From: Mobula hypostoma | Taxonomy: Eukaryota | DNA: 64,000 nt | Assembly: GCF_963921235.1 (NCBI RefSeq) | Contig: NC_086097.1 | Span: 198,278,001-198,342,000 of the forward strand | Reading direction: 5' to 3' | Part shown: piece after piece, positions 1 through 11,588 of the stretch | Layout of the letters: each line of letters opens with the position of its first letter | How positions within the stretch are numbered: the first letter of the stretch is position 1 | Notes under the pieces: generated by a model | Told to the model about the DNA's origin: nothing | What the model saw: only the letters and a program-made list of their open reading frames with translations | Database searches by the model: none | Translations under genes and position numbers: made by a program

Positions 1-1115
1 TACAGAGGAGGAAGTGATTGCTGTCCTGAGGCAAATTAAGGTGTATAAATCCACAGGGCCTGACACAGTGTTCCCTCAAAGGGAAGTGCAGAAATTGACA
101 GGGCCCCAGCAGAGATATTTACATCATCCTTAGCGGCAAGTGAGGTATCAGAGGATTGGAGGATAGCCAAAGTTGCTCTGCTATTCTAGAATGGCTCAAA
201 AATTAAACCAGGAAATTATAGGCCGGTGAGCCTGACATCACCAGAAAGCTATTGTAAGTATTCTGGGAGACCGGAAATACAAGTATTTGGATAGACATGG
301 ACTGATTAAGGATAGCCAGTATGGCTTCGTGCGTGGTAGTTCGGGTCTAACCAATCTTAAAAAGTTTTTTTTAGGATATTTACCAGAAACATTGTTGAAG
401 GCAAGACAGTGGATGTTGTCTACATGGACTTTAGCAAGGCATTTGACAAGATCCTGCATAGGAGTTTGGTCAAGAAGGTTCAGTTGCTTGGCATTCAAGA
501 TGAGGTAGTAAATTGGATTAGAAATTGGGTTTGTGGGAGAAGCTAGGGAGTGGAAGTAGATGTTGCCTCTGGAGTAGACTGGAGACCTGTGCTGCAGGGA
601 TTGGTGCTAAGTCCATTGTTTGTTTGTCAGCTATGCCAGTGATCTGGTTGATAATGTGATTAACTGTATTAGTAAATTTGTGGATGACACCAACACTGGG
701 GGTGCAGTGGACAGTGAGGAAGGCTATCAGTGCTTAAGTTAGGACTTTATTCCTTGGAATGTAGAAGATGACAGGAGATTTGACAGAGGTATACAAAATT
801 TTGAGGGGTTTGATCGGGGTAAATTCAAGCAGGCTTTTTCCACTGAGGTTGGGTGGGACTACAACCAGAGGTCATGGGTTAAGGATGAAAGCTGGAAAGT
901 TTAATGGGGAACATGAGGGGAAATTCCTTCACTCAGAGAGTTGTGAGACTGTTGAACAAGCTGCCAGTACAAATGGTGCATGCAAGCTCAATTTCAATGT
1001 CTAAGAGTAGTTTGGATAGGTACATGGATGGTAGGGGTATGGAGGGCTATGGGAGTATGCAGTTTAAATGGTTCAGCTTGGACTAGATAGATCAAAGAGC
1101 CTATGGCTCTATGAT
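1..1115 (+). mobile_element. Decayed CR1 LINE, 3' part of ORF2 (RT) and 3' UTR
   Basis: CR1 RT remnants (NYRPVSLT, QYGFVRG, TRGHGLR). Roughly 0.4 kb internal deletion near 735 relative to the related copy at 15020-15460. Confidence 0.9.
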
Positions 1116-1283
1116 GTATCCAATGAATACCAGTACAGTAGATACTTTCACACAAGGAAAGCAGCAAACAGATTGCATACGGCAGAAACAAGAGAAAATC
1201 TGCCGATACCGGAAATCCAAGCAACACATGCAGAACGCTGGAGGAACTAAGCAGGGCAGACAGCATCTATGGAAAAGTGTGAA

Positions 1284-1320
1284 CAGGCGATATTTCAGGC
1301 GAGACCCTTCATCAGGACTG
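1284..1320 (-). ncRNA. Minimal hammerhead ribozyme motif (near intact)
   Basis: Minus strand reads CAGUC CUGAUGA AGG gucucg CCU GAAA UAUC GCCUG. Core is intact; stem I has one mismatch. Confidence 0.6.
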
Positions 1321-1638
1321 GAGAAAAAAGATGAGAAGTCAGAGTAAGAAGGTGGGGCGGGGGGGAGGGAAGAAGTTCAAGGTCATAGGTGATAGGTGAA
1401 TCTGGGAGAGGAGAGCGGTGAAGTAAAGAGCTGAGAAATTGATTGGTGAAAGAGCTAAATGGCTGTAGAAGGGGGAAACTGATGGGAGAGGACAGAAGGC
1501 TATGAAAGAAAGGGAAGGGGAAGGAACACCAGAGGGAGTTGATGGGTGGGTAAGTATACCTCTTCCACCCTGTTTCTTGCAAAAAATTCCACCCACTTCT
1601 CAACTCCTCTGCCTTCACTGCATCTGCTCTCTGGATGA

Positions 1639-2556
1639 GGCTTTGTGGCAAAGTTTGCGGATGAAACACAGATAGGTGGAGGGTTAGGTAGTGCTGAGGA
1701 AGCAATGCGATTGCAGCAGGACTTAGACAAATTGGAAGAATGGGCAAAAAAATGGAAGATGGAATACAGTGTTGGGAAATGTATGATAATGTATTTTGGG
1801 AAAAGGAACAGATTATTATCTAAATGGGGAGAAGTTTCAAACATCAGAAGTGCAGAAGAACTTAGGTGTCCTCATGTAAGACTCCCAGAAGGTAAAGAAG
1901 TTAAATGCAATGTTGGCATTTGTTTCAAAGGGAATAGAATATAAAAGCAAGGAGATAATGCTGAGGCTTTATAAGACACTTGTCGGGCTGCACTTGGAGT
2001 ATTGTCAACAATTCTGGGCCCCATATCTCAGAAAGAAAGTGTTGTCATTAGAGAGAGTCCAGAGGAGGTTCACGAGGATGATTCTGGGAATGAACAGGTT
2101 AACATACGAGGAGCACTTGGCAGCTTTGGGTCTGTACTCACTGGTATTTAGAAGAATGCATGGGGATCTCATTGAAACCTACCGAACGTTGAAAGGACTA
2201 GATAAGGTAGATGTGGAGAGGATGTAGAACTATGGTGGGGCTATCCAGAACTAGAGGGCACTGCCTCAAAATTGAAGGGCGACCCTTTAGAACAGAGGTA
2301 GGGAGGAATATTTTTAGCCAGAGAGTAGTAAACTTGCGGAATGCTCTGCCACAGTCTGCGGTGGAGGCCAAGTCCGTGGGTATATTTAAAGCAGAAGTTG
2401 ATAATTTCTGATTGGTCAGGGCGTTAAAGGATATGGCAAGAAGGCAGACGAATGGGGCTGGGTTGAATCTGGGATCTTTCATGATGGGAATGATGGAGCT
2501 GACTTGATAGGCTGAATGGCCTAGTTCTGCTCCTATGTCTTATGGACTTATGGTCT
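1639..2556 (+). mobile_element. 5'-truncated CR1 LINE inserted in the PLE
   Basis: KFADET, HLEYC..FWAP, TRGH.LKI motifs; ends in tcttatggacttatggtct tail. Confidence 0.92.
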
Positions 2557-3481
2557 ATACAGCTCCCTTGTCCACTTGTCCCTCCCCACTGATCTCCCTC
2601 CTGCTACTTATTGTAAATGGAGAAAGTGGGACACGTGCCCCTGCACCTGCTCCTTTGCTACCATTCAGGGCCTAAAACAGTCCTCCAGGAGAGGGGACAC
2701 TTCACCTGTGAGTCTGTTGGGGTCATGTACTGTGTCCGGAGTTCCCAGTGTGGCCGCCTGTATTTTGGTGAGACCCGACGTAGAGTGGGAGACTGCTTCA
2801 CTGAGCACCTACTCTCTGCCCACCAGAAAAAGCAGTATTTCCCAATGGCCACCCATTTCAATTCTACTTCCCCTTCCCATTCTGGCAGGTCAGACCATGA
2901 CCTCCTCTACTACTGTGATGAGGCCACACTCAGGGTGGAGGAGCAACACCTTATATTCCACATTGGTAGCCTCCAACCTGCTGAACATTGGTTTCTCGAA
3001 CTTCTGGTAATTGCCTCTCCCCTCCTTCACCATTCCCCATTCTAATTTTCCTCTCTCACCTTATCTCCTTACCTGCCCACCACCCTCCTCTTGTGCTTCT
3101 CCTTCTTCCCTTTCTTCGATAACTTTCTGCCCACTTCTATCAGATTCCCCCTTCTCCAGCTGTTTATCTCTTTCACCAGTAATCTTCCAAGCTCTTTACT
3201 TCACCCCTCCCCCTCATCCAGTTGCACCTATCATCTCCTACTTTGTACTTCTTCCTCCTCTCCCCCCACCTTCTTATCCTGACTTCTCATCTTTTATTTC
3301 TTTGGTCCGGATGAAAGGTCTCATCCTGAGACGTTGACTGTTTACTCCTTTCCATAGATGCTGCCTGGCCTGCTGAGTTCCTCCAGAATTCTGTGTGTGT
3401 TGCATATGGCAGATTCCTTTGCAAATAGATGCCAGATGATTTAACTGGTTGATGATGATTGACCCAAAATGCCATTGTTAC

Positions 3482-3528
3482 CTTCTTCTTTCTTTTTGAA
3501 ATACTCCCATGGAATCTTTTGCATCCAC
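3482..3528 (-). CDS. Candidate 47-nt coding exon of an unidentified host gene; favoured frame (R)WMQKIPWEYFKKKEE
   Basis: Acceptor tctgcttttcttctttatacag, donor aag|gtaaca, in non-repeat DNA. All three frames are open; the frame was chosen for phase compatibility with the next upstream candidate. Confidence 0.55.
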
Positions 3529-4784
3529 CTGTATAAAGAAGAAAAGCAGAGTCAATACGAGGAGCCACATAGGTAATTGTGAGGAGAAATTGTACTAATG
3601 TTTACTTGAACCAGAAGAAAAAGGCTTATAATGAGTCAAATGATTGAAATAGTCCAGTTAATTGAGCCCAGAACACTGTGCACAATATTCTCAATCCAAA
3701 TCTTAGAGAGTATTTTGGGAGTGTTTTCAACAATGTTTACATTGTTGGCAAACTTCAATGAAAAAGTGTGGACAGAAAGTCTGGTGTTGTCACCTAATGA
3801 TAAATTACTCACAGTATTTCTTTAAGTAGGTCTGCTGCAAAATGCTGGCTATGATACTGTAAAATGAGTGATTCTCTTCACTCCTGACTCGATTCCAATG
3901 TACGTAGGTGTAGATTTAAAATGTTATAGAAGGACTGGTTTCCAAGAACTGGCATTAATAATGAAAGATAATTTGAAATTGTAAGAGGAAATCACAAAAA
4001 AGCAAGGGTCAGTAATGCAGGCATTTAACCTACTCTCATGCCAGCATGTACTGTGGGACTGTGCTAAATTTGACAAGACTCGAGTGGGAGCTTTATATGA
4101 CATGGATTCCAAAACCATTCCTTATGCATATTAGAAAACTGATGTGGTGAAGATGCAGAACAATCCTCCCACTCTTAAATTGTCAGCAAATTAAAGACGT
4201 AGGGCTAAATATACTTTTGTGCCATACAATTACACACCATTTGACTGCGTTTTACCTGAAACCCGATTGCAAAACGTTGTTGGATCTAGATCATCTCAGT
4301 ACACTTCTCCTAATTTGTTGCTGGTTTTCTCTGTATATGACACCACTTACAGAAAAAGCCCAGGAGTCTTACAGCGACTTAGTCTTTTCTGAGTCCTTCC
4401 AGCGGACTCCAGATTGACATCCACAACACTCATTATTGTGTCCGACCACCACCTCCCATGTCTGATAAGTGATTGTTGATCACCTAATGTCTGACCACAA
4501 ACATTCCATTTGTCAACCATCATACTTTTTCCTCTTAGTGTCTGTATTAAGATACTTCTGGCCCTTATCACCCCCCCAAGCTCACTTCCTCCCAAACACA
4601 CACGCATTTCCAGGTCTCTTAATGTTATTAACTCACAATTATTCTGCCCCCATCTCTTACCATTCAGCCAACCCCTCTCTCTCAATGGTGCTGCTATATC
4701 TTCGTGATTTGCGGTTCCGCATGTATTCTTCTTCTAGCAGGAGAGGTTGGCGATACTGGCAGAAAATGAGCATGACTCTCTTAC

Positions 4785-4876
4785 CTCACGTGAATTGTTT
4801 TAATGTATTCATTCTCGTGCAGAATTATGTCTACCTTTGGATATGAGAATCTCGCGATGCAATAGACACATGAAAC
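4785..4876 (-). CDS. Candidate coding exon: 92 nt VSCVYCIARFSYPKVDIILHENEYIKTIHV, or 42 nt (4835-4876) (R)FHVSIASRDSHIQ
   Basis: Acceptor tgctcatag; donors gag|gtaaga (4784) or aag|gtagac (4834). Both versions end in phase 2, matching exon 3482-3528. Locally CpG-rich. Confidence 0.4.
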
Positions 4877-4924
4877 CTATGAGCACATTTGTAAATGAGA
4901 GATTCCAGGAGTTAGAATGGAAGT

Positions 4925-6510
4925 ACATAAAATGCCCTAAGTCAGCGTGGTTTTCTTAAGGGGACATCTTGCCTGACAAATGTGTTGGAATCCTTTGGGG
5001 AAGTAACAGGATTCACAAAGGAGAGCCAGTGGATGTTGTTTACTTGAATTTTCAGAAGGACTTTGAAAGGGTGCCGTACATAAGGCTGTTTAACAGGATA
5101 AGAGCCCATAGTATTACAGGAAAGATATTAGTATGGATAGAAGATTGGCCGACAGGCAGGAGACAGAGAGTGGGAATAAAGGGAGATGGCTGCCAGGGAC
5201 TAGTAGTGTTCTGCAGGAGCCAGTATTGGATCACTTCTTTTCACGTTATATGTCAGAAATCCTGGATCAATAGTTCTGTGCGAGCAGCACTTACCACGTG
5301 ACATAGAGCTTACATTGTGGCAATCAGCAGGAGCTCAAGAAAAGCAGCTACAATCTGCGCAAAGCTATCAGGGCTGTGAAACAATACAGGGACAAGACTG
5401 AGTCAAGATTCACAACGAATATCACAAGTGACTTGTGGCGAGCGTTGCACACCATCACAGACTTCAAAACCAAACATTGTGGTGCCATCAACATTGCGGC
5501 CTCTCTCCCAGATGAGTTCAATCTCTTTTACGCTTGGTTCAATGTCGCTAACTCTGAGTCTCCGAGGAAAGCCACCACTACAACCTACAACCTGGTCATC
5601 TCTGAGGCTGAGGTACGCAGATATTTTCAATGTGTGGACAGCCACAAGGCTGCAGGACTGGACAGTATCCCAGGGTGAGTACTCAGGATGTTTGCAGCAC
5701 AACTGGTAGGTGTGTTTACAGACATTTTTAATCTCTCCTTCTCCCAGTGTAGAGTACTCTCTTGCTTCAAATGATCCACCAAAAAACACCAAGTTAACAT
5801 GCCTGAAAGACTGGCGTCCTGTCGCACTCACCACAATAATAAGAAAGTGCTTTGAGGGGCTGGTCAAGGATTACATCTGCAGCTTGCTACCACCCAAGCT
5901 AGACCTCCTACAATTCGCCTACTGACACAACTGATCGACAGATGACGCACTAGCCACTGCTCTACATACCGTCCTTATCAAGGTACAACAGACTGATTAA
6001 CTCACGCTGATTTGAGTGTATTAATATGTTACATTGAGTGTTCTATTTCTTATAAATTATTATAAATTACTGTGATTTCACTTTGCACATTTAGATGGAG
6101 ATGTAATATAAAGATTTTTACTCCTCATGTATGTGAAGGATATAAGAAATAAAGTCAACTCAGTTCAATTCAGTGATTTGGATGACTGAATTGATGGTTT
6201 TGTGGCCATGTTTGTAGATGATACAAAGTTAAGTGGAAGAGTAGGCAGTGTTGAGGAAGCAGAAGAGCCTGGACAGATTGGGAGAATGGGCAATGAAGTG
6301 GCAGATAGAATATAGTGCAGGGAAATGTATTGTCATGCATTTTGTTAGAAGGAATAAAGGTGTAGACTATTTTCTAAATGGGGAAAAAATTTGAAAGTCA
6401 GTAAAGCAAAGGGACTTGCAAGTCCTTGTGTAGGATTCCCTAAAGGTTAACTTGCAGGTTGAGTCAGTGGTAAGTAAGGCAAATGCAATATTAGCATTCA
6501 TTTCGAGAAC
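4925..6510 (+). mobile_element. Old CR1 RT fragment split by a Rex1/Babar insertion
   Basis: GEPVDVVYLNFQK motif; CR1 text stops at tatatgtca (5255) and resumes at gtgatttggatga (about 6173). Confidence 0.8.
5256..6172 (+). mobile_element. Rex1/Babar LINE fragment, internally deleted, with 3' tail
   Basis: WRPVALT..KCFE.LV and LQFAY motifs; aataaa followed by an (attca)n-like tail. Confidence 0.85.
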
Positions 6511-7809
6511 TTTAATGCTTTCATCTGCTATTGAAATTCTGTAATTAGTATTATTTTATTTTATGGATATTACCGTATGTTATGGGTACATTAGGTTGAT
6601 TCATTTAATCGCAAATTGAATAGAATTGTTCAGAAGGGACAATATGAGACATGATCAACATGAGTGACATTAATAAAATTAGGGATAGGTGACTGGGTCA
6701 CCTAGAAATTCAACTGTGTTGTACTGATTTATACCTGTACATCAGACACCAATGCAAAAGCTTACATCCAGACTTATTTTTCTTCCTTCATATAGATTAA
6801 TTGATGAAAATGCTGCCATAATTAGTTTACATTTAATTGAGAATCATTGTCTTTAAAATCTCACTGTTCTCATATTCATCAACAGTATTCTTTTTTATAC
6901 TAGCAATATTTTTGGTGTACCGAATATACAGTATGCTTTATTATTGTTTATGTTACCCTTTTTTCCCCAACCTACCCAATAACAATTTCAAAAGAACTAA
7001 TTAATAATATAAGAATGAAAAGATGGCACAATAGAATATCATGTTGATCAGAAATAGCTTCAAAACTGTAGTTTATGTTACACCTGATCTCAACTAATTT
7101 TTAAATTGTATTGCTCAAATGATGAACCACCATCAAAATGACAGAAGTATATATAACAATGTAGCAAAGCTGTTTATTTTGGTTTAGATTCCACCAGCGC
7201 TTTACATTAGTGATTTTTATTTAATCCCTCAAATTATTTTTATGGACTATGTGCTCTAAGGTCTCAGAGTCACCAGTACTGCTTCTCCTCCCCACATCCA
7301 ACTTATTAGTAGATCGAGATCTAGTTGTTTAGGTGTCAGAGCACCTTGTTTTCTTGCCGAACATCAGACTCAATGGTAAGGGCTCAGCAATCATGACAAC
7401 TTATGCATACTCTGTGTACTGGTAATCGAGTGTACCTACATATGAATTTCATATGTATAGAAGACAAAATACAAAAGTTTTTCCCAGATTAATAGAAGTT
7501 TCAGTCATTTTACTCATTTAATTGTGTTAAATCTTTGTATGTTTTTGCTTTTGAAAGATGCACTTCCCTACTCTCTTCAGTAATAGAGAATTATAAAAGG
7601 ATAATAAATATATAATTATGAATATCTTGAGGGAATATTCTCATGCTGAGCTACTATAGATGCACAGAAGGTTTCTTACTACTGATCTTGGAAAATATTT
7701 TTCAGTATCTTAGTGAGGAAAAGCAATTAAAACCTGCAACATGGGGGTGAACATTTTCCAACTAATGTTAATACTGTTTAGGGGAATATTTATATATTGA
7801 TCAATTCTT

Positions 7810-8885
7810 TACACACGATTGTGTATAGAATGGACAAAAGGCTTTTCAAACTCAACTGGTTCATGGCCAAAAACAAGTTCAGCACCATCACTATCAAGGA
7901 GCTTCAGTATGTGGATGATAGTGCCATCGTAGTAGACTCTGAAAAAGATTTCCAATGTATCCTGAATGCCTTTGCCAAGGCAGATAGAGCTATGGGTCCT
8001 ATATCACAGGGCTTATATCAGCCACCACCAAACCAACTATTTATCCAGCCCTCCATAAATGTAGCTGATATCGCCCTTGAAAATGTAGACCACTTTCACT
8101 ACTTTGGTAGTATTCTCTCCTCAAAAGCAAACATTGACTCGGAGAACAACCACCCCCTGTGTAGTGTTAGTGGAGCCTATGCAAGATTAAGGAAAAGACT
8201 GCCTGTAGACTGTGACCTACAGATTAAATTTTGGCCTATAGAGCAGTTGTCCTTTCTAACATTACTGTATGGAACTGAATCATGGACTACCTACAGTAGG
8301 CACTGATAGCCCTGGAACAATCCCACCAAAGACACTCATGAAATATTTTGTGGATCAGCTGGAAGACAGAAAAACTAACTCCAATGTACTGCAGGAGGAA
8401 ACATGAAGAGCATCTCCACCACTATAAAGTAATACCAACTATGATGGATAGGTCTTGACATTCGGATGCTTAACTCGTGTCTGCCCAAACAGATCCTTAA
8501 CTACCAGCTGTAGGAACATCAGCATGCTCCTGGTGGGCAAAGGAAATGTTTCAAACATCAAAATCAACCTGAAGAATTTCAACATTATGTCTAAACACTG
8601 GGAAGACAATAGATATTATTGCACTCAGTAGATACACCTGGAGGAAATCTGCTCAAGAGGACTACATGAGAGTGACCTCCGCTGTGCCTCACAGAACGAA
8701 TAGCAGCTGTGAAAGGAGAGACTGAAAAAGCAAAGGACTCAACCACTAACTAGAGCCACCACTTATTCCTGCCCACACTGCATCAGAATACAGTATGTGG
8801 ATCCTGGATCAACTTCTACAACCACCCGAGGAACCATCAACAGACAACCCCATCCTACTCAACTTGAGTGATTGCACTACCACTA
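7810..8885 (+). mobile_element. Old RTE-clade LINE 3' fragment
   Basis: ELQYVDDSA, LENVDHFHYFGS, LLYGTESWT motifs and a decayed C-terminal Cys/His finger; many stops. Confidence 0.85.
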
Positions 8886-9466
8886 TACGTTAATATGTTA
8901 GCAAGAGTGCCCCTTCTATCAGCTAGCCTAAGTCATCTGTTATTGCCAAATATAGAATGGATTTTCTATTAGATTTCTGGGACTGAATTACTAAGATATG
9001 CTATATGTGTAATTTCAAATAAATGGAACATAATGATACCAAGATTCTCAAATATAAAGAGTGATATGACAGTCAAATACTATGCTTGAAATGGCACATA
9101 GTAATTTTTCTTTTGAATAGCTAATTAACACTTCAAATGAGCTTGATCCTAACAATTGGATGTAATTGAGTAAAATATTCAATCCATATTGCTGAAATAG
9201 TATAAATTGAAGTCTTCAGCTAAACCAACACCCATTTTACACATGAATGGTTACAAGCAAAATCCTTGATCTTGTTCCCACTAGTTCACAATATTCCCAT
9301 GATGCATTTCTACTAACCACAAGTCTCAATGTATTGCAGAGAACCATATAAATTTCAAACAGATTGAGCCATATGGAATGAGATGAGTTTAACCATAGAG
9401 TGAAATTATGGAATTAGCCAAGGTGGAAAGTAGCAACCAATTCTATATTCTCTCTCTCTCTGAATT

Positions 9467-11565
9467 AGCGCACGTTCAGGGAGGCTGCAACCAATGGCGA
9501 CTCTACCAACTTAGAGGAGTACACGACATCAGTGACTAGCTACATCAGCAAGTGCATCGATGACGTCACTGTGGCCAAGACCATCACTACATGCACTATC
9601 CAGAAGCCGTGGATGACCACGGAGGTGCGTGCACTGCTGAGGACCCGTGGCTCCGCCTTCAGAGCAGGCGACAAGGCAGCCCTAACAACAGTGAGGGCCA
9701 AACGGTCCTGGGCCATCAGAGAGGCAAAGAGTGCACATGCCCAGCGAATCCACAGCCACTTCCAGGACAGCGGCAAATTGCGACGCATGTGGAAGGTTGG
9801 TCATTCAGGACATCACCAACTACAAGACAACACCACCTGCCTGTGCTGATGATGCCTCCCTCCCAGATGTGTTGAACAACTTCTACGCTCATTTTGAGGT
9901 GGAAAATAATGTGGCGGCGAGGAAGACCACCCCTCCTCCAAATGACCAGGTGCTGTGTCTTACCATGGCCGATGTGAGGAGAACCCTGTGTAGGGTCAAC
10001 CCTTGGAAAGCTGCTCAACCAGACAATATTCCTGGCAGAGTGCTCAGAGGATGTGCAGACCAGCTAGCAGAGATTCTCACTGACATCTCCAACATCTTCC
10101 TGAGCAGCACTGTCATTCCTATGTGCTTCAAGGCCGCCACCATCGTTCCCGTGCTGAAGAAGTCTTCAGTGTCCTGCCTCAATGACTACCGTCCCGTTGC
10201 ACTCACATCCATCATCATGATGTGTTTCAAGAGGCTCGTCATGAGGCACATCAAGACCCTGCTGCCCCCCTCACTGGACCCCCTGCAGTTTGCGTACCGT
10301 CCCAACCGTTCAACAGATGACGCCATTGCCATCACCCTCCACCTGGCCCTAACCCACCTGGACGTTCAGCATTCAACACAATCATTCCTCAGAAACTGAT
10401 TGGAAAGCTGAGCCTCCTGGCCCTGAACACCTCCCTCTGCAACTGCATCCTAGACTTCCTGACTGGGAGACCTCAGTCAGTCCGGATTGGAAGCAGCATC
10501 TCCAACACCATCACACTGAGCACGGGAGCTCCCCAGGGCTGTGTGCTCAGTCCACTGCTGTTCACTCTGCTGACCCACGACCGTGCTGCAACACACAGCT
10601 CGAATCACATCATCAAGTTCACTGATGACACGACCGTGGTGGGTCTCATCAGCAAGAATGATGAGTCAGCATACAGAGAGGAGGTGTAGCGGCTAACAGA
10701 CTGGTGCAGAGCCAACAGCCTGTCTCTGAATGTGAACAAAACAAAAGAGATGGTTGTTGACTTCAGGAGGACATGGAGCGACCACTCTCCATTGAACATC
10801 GATGACTCCTCCATAGATCGTTAAGCGCACCAAATTTCTTGATGTTCACCCGGCGGAGAATCTCACCTGGTCCCTCAACTCAAGCTCCATAGCAAAGAAA
10901 GTCCAGCAGCGTCTCTACTTTCTGCAAAGGCTGAGAAAAGTCCATCTCCCACCCCACCATCCTCACCACATTCTACAGAGGTTGTATTGAGAGCATCCTG
11001 AGCAGCTGCATCACTGCCTGGTTCGGAAATTGCACCATCTCGGATCGCAAGACCCTGCAGCGGATAGTGAGGTCAGCTGAGAAGATCATCGGGGTCTCTC
11101 TTCCCTCCATTACAGGCGTTTACACCACACGCTGCATCCATAAAGCAAACAGCATTATGAAGGACCCCCCCCCCCACCCCTCATATAAACTCTTCTCCCT
11201 CCTGCCATCTGGAAAAAGGCACCGCAGCACTTGGGCTCTCACGACTAGACTATGTAACAGTTTCTTCCCCCAAGCCATCAGACTCCTCAATACCCAGAAC
11301 CTGGACTGACACCAACCTACTGCCCTCTACTGTACCTATTGTCTTGTTTATTATTTATTGTAATGCCTGCACTGTTTTGTGCACTTAATGCAGTCCTGGG
11401 TAGGTCTGTAGTCTAGTGTAGTTTTTGTGTTGTTTTATGTAGTTCAGTATAGATTTTCTACTGTTTCATGTAGCACCATGGTCCTGAAAAATGTTGTCCC
11501 ATTTCTACTGTGCACTGTACCAGCAGTTATGGTCAAAATGACAATAAGAAGTGACTTGACTTGAT
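9467..11565 (+). mobile_element. 5'-truncated Rex1/Babar LINE
   Basis: [44 protein letters not shown] and NSFFPQAIRLLN motifs; (gactt)n tail. Confidence 0.92.
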
Positions 11566-11588
11566 GACTATTACACATACATACACAT

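Larger units (their letters stand above)
1187..3403 (+). mobile_element. Penelope-like element: inverted terminal repeat (1187-1555, -), RT C-terminal remnant (1556-1644), GIY-YIG endonuclease remnant and terminal repeat (2557-3403); interrupted by CR1
   Basis: GIY-YIG motif GVMY..YFGET..RVGDCFTEH in ORF 2617-3045, with a Cys-rich linker upstream. Flanking direct repeat ttgcatacggcaga (1173-1186) / ttgcatatggcaga (3400-3413). Confidence 0.85.

Noticed and set aside
3304..3340. Functional hammerhead
   Set aside because: Core mutated (CGGAUGA, GAGAC); relic only.
6766..6812. Minus-strand 47-nt exon FSSINLYEGRKISLD
   Set aside because: Poor acceptor, and its phase-1 entry does not fit the upstream candidate.
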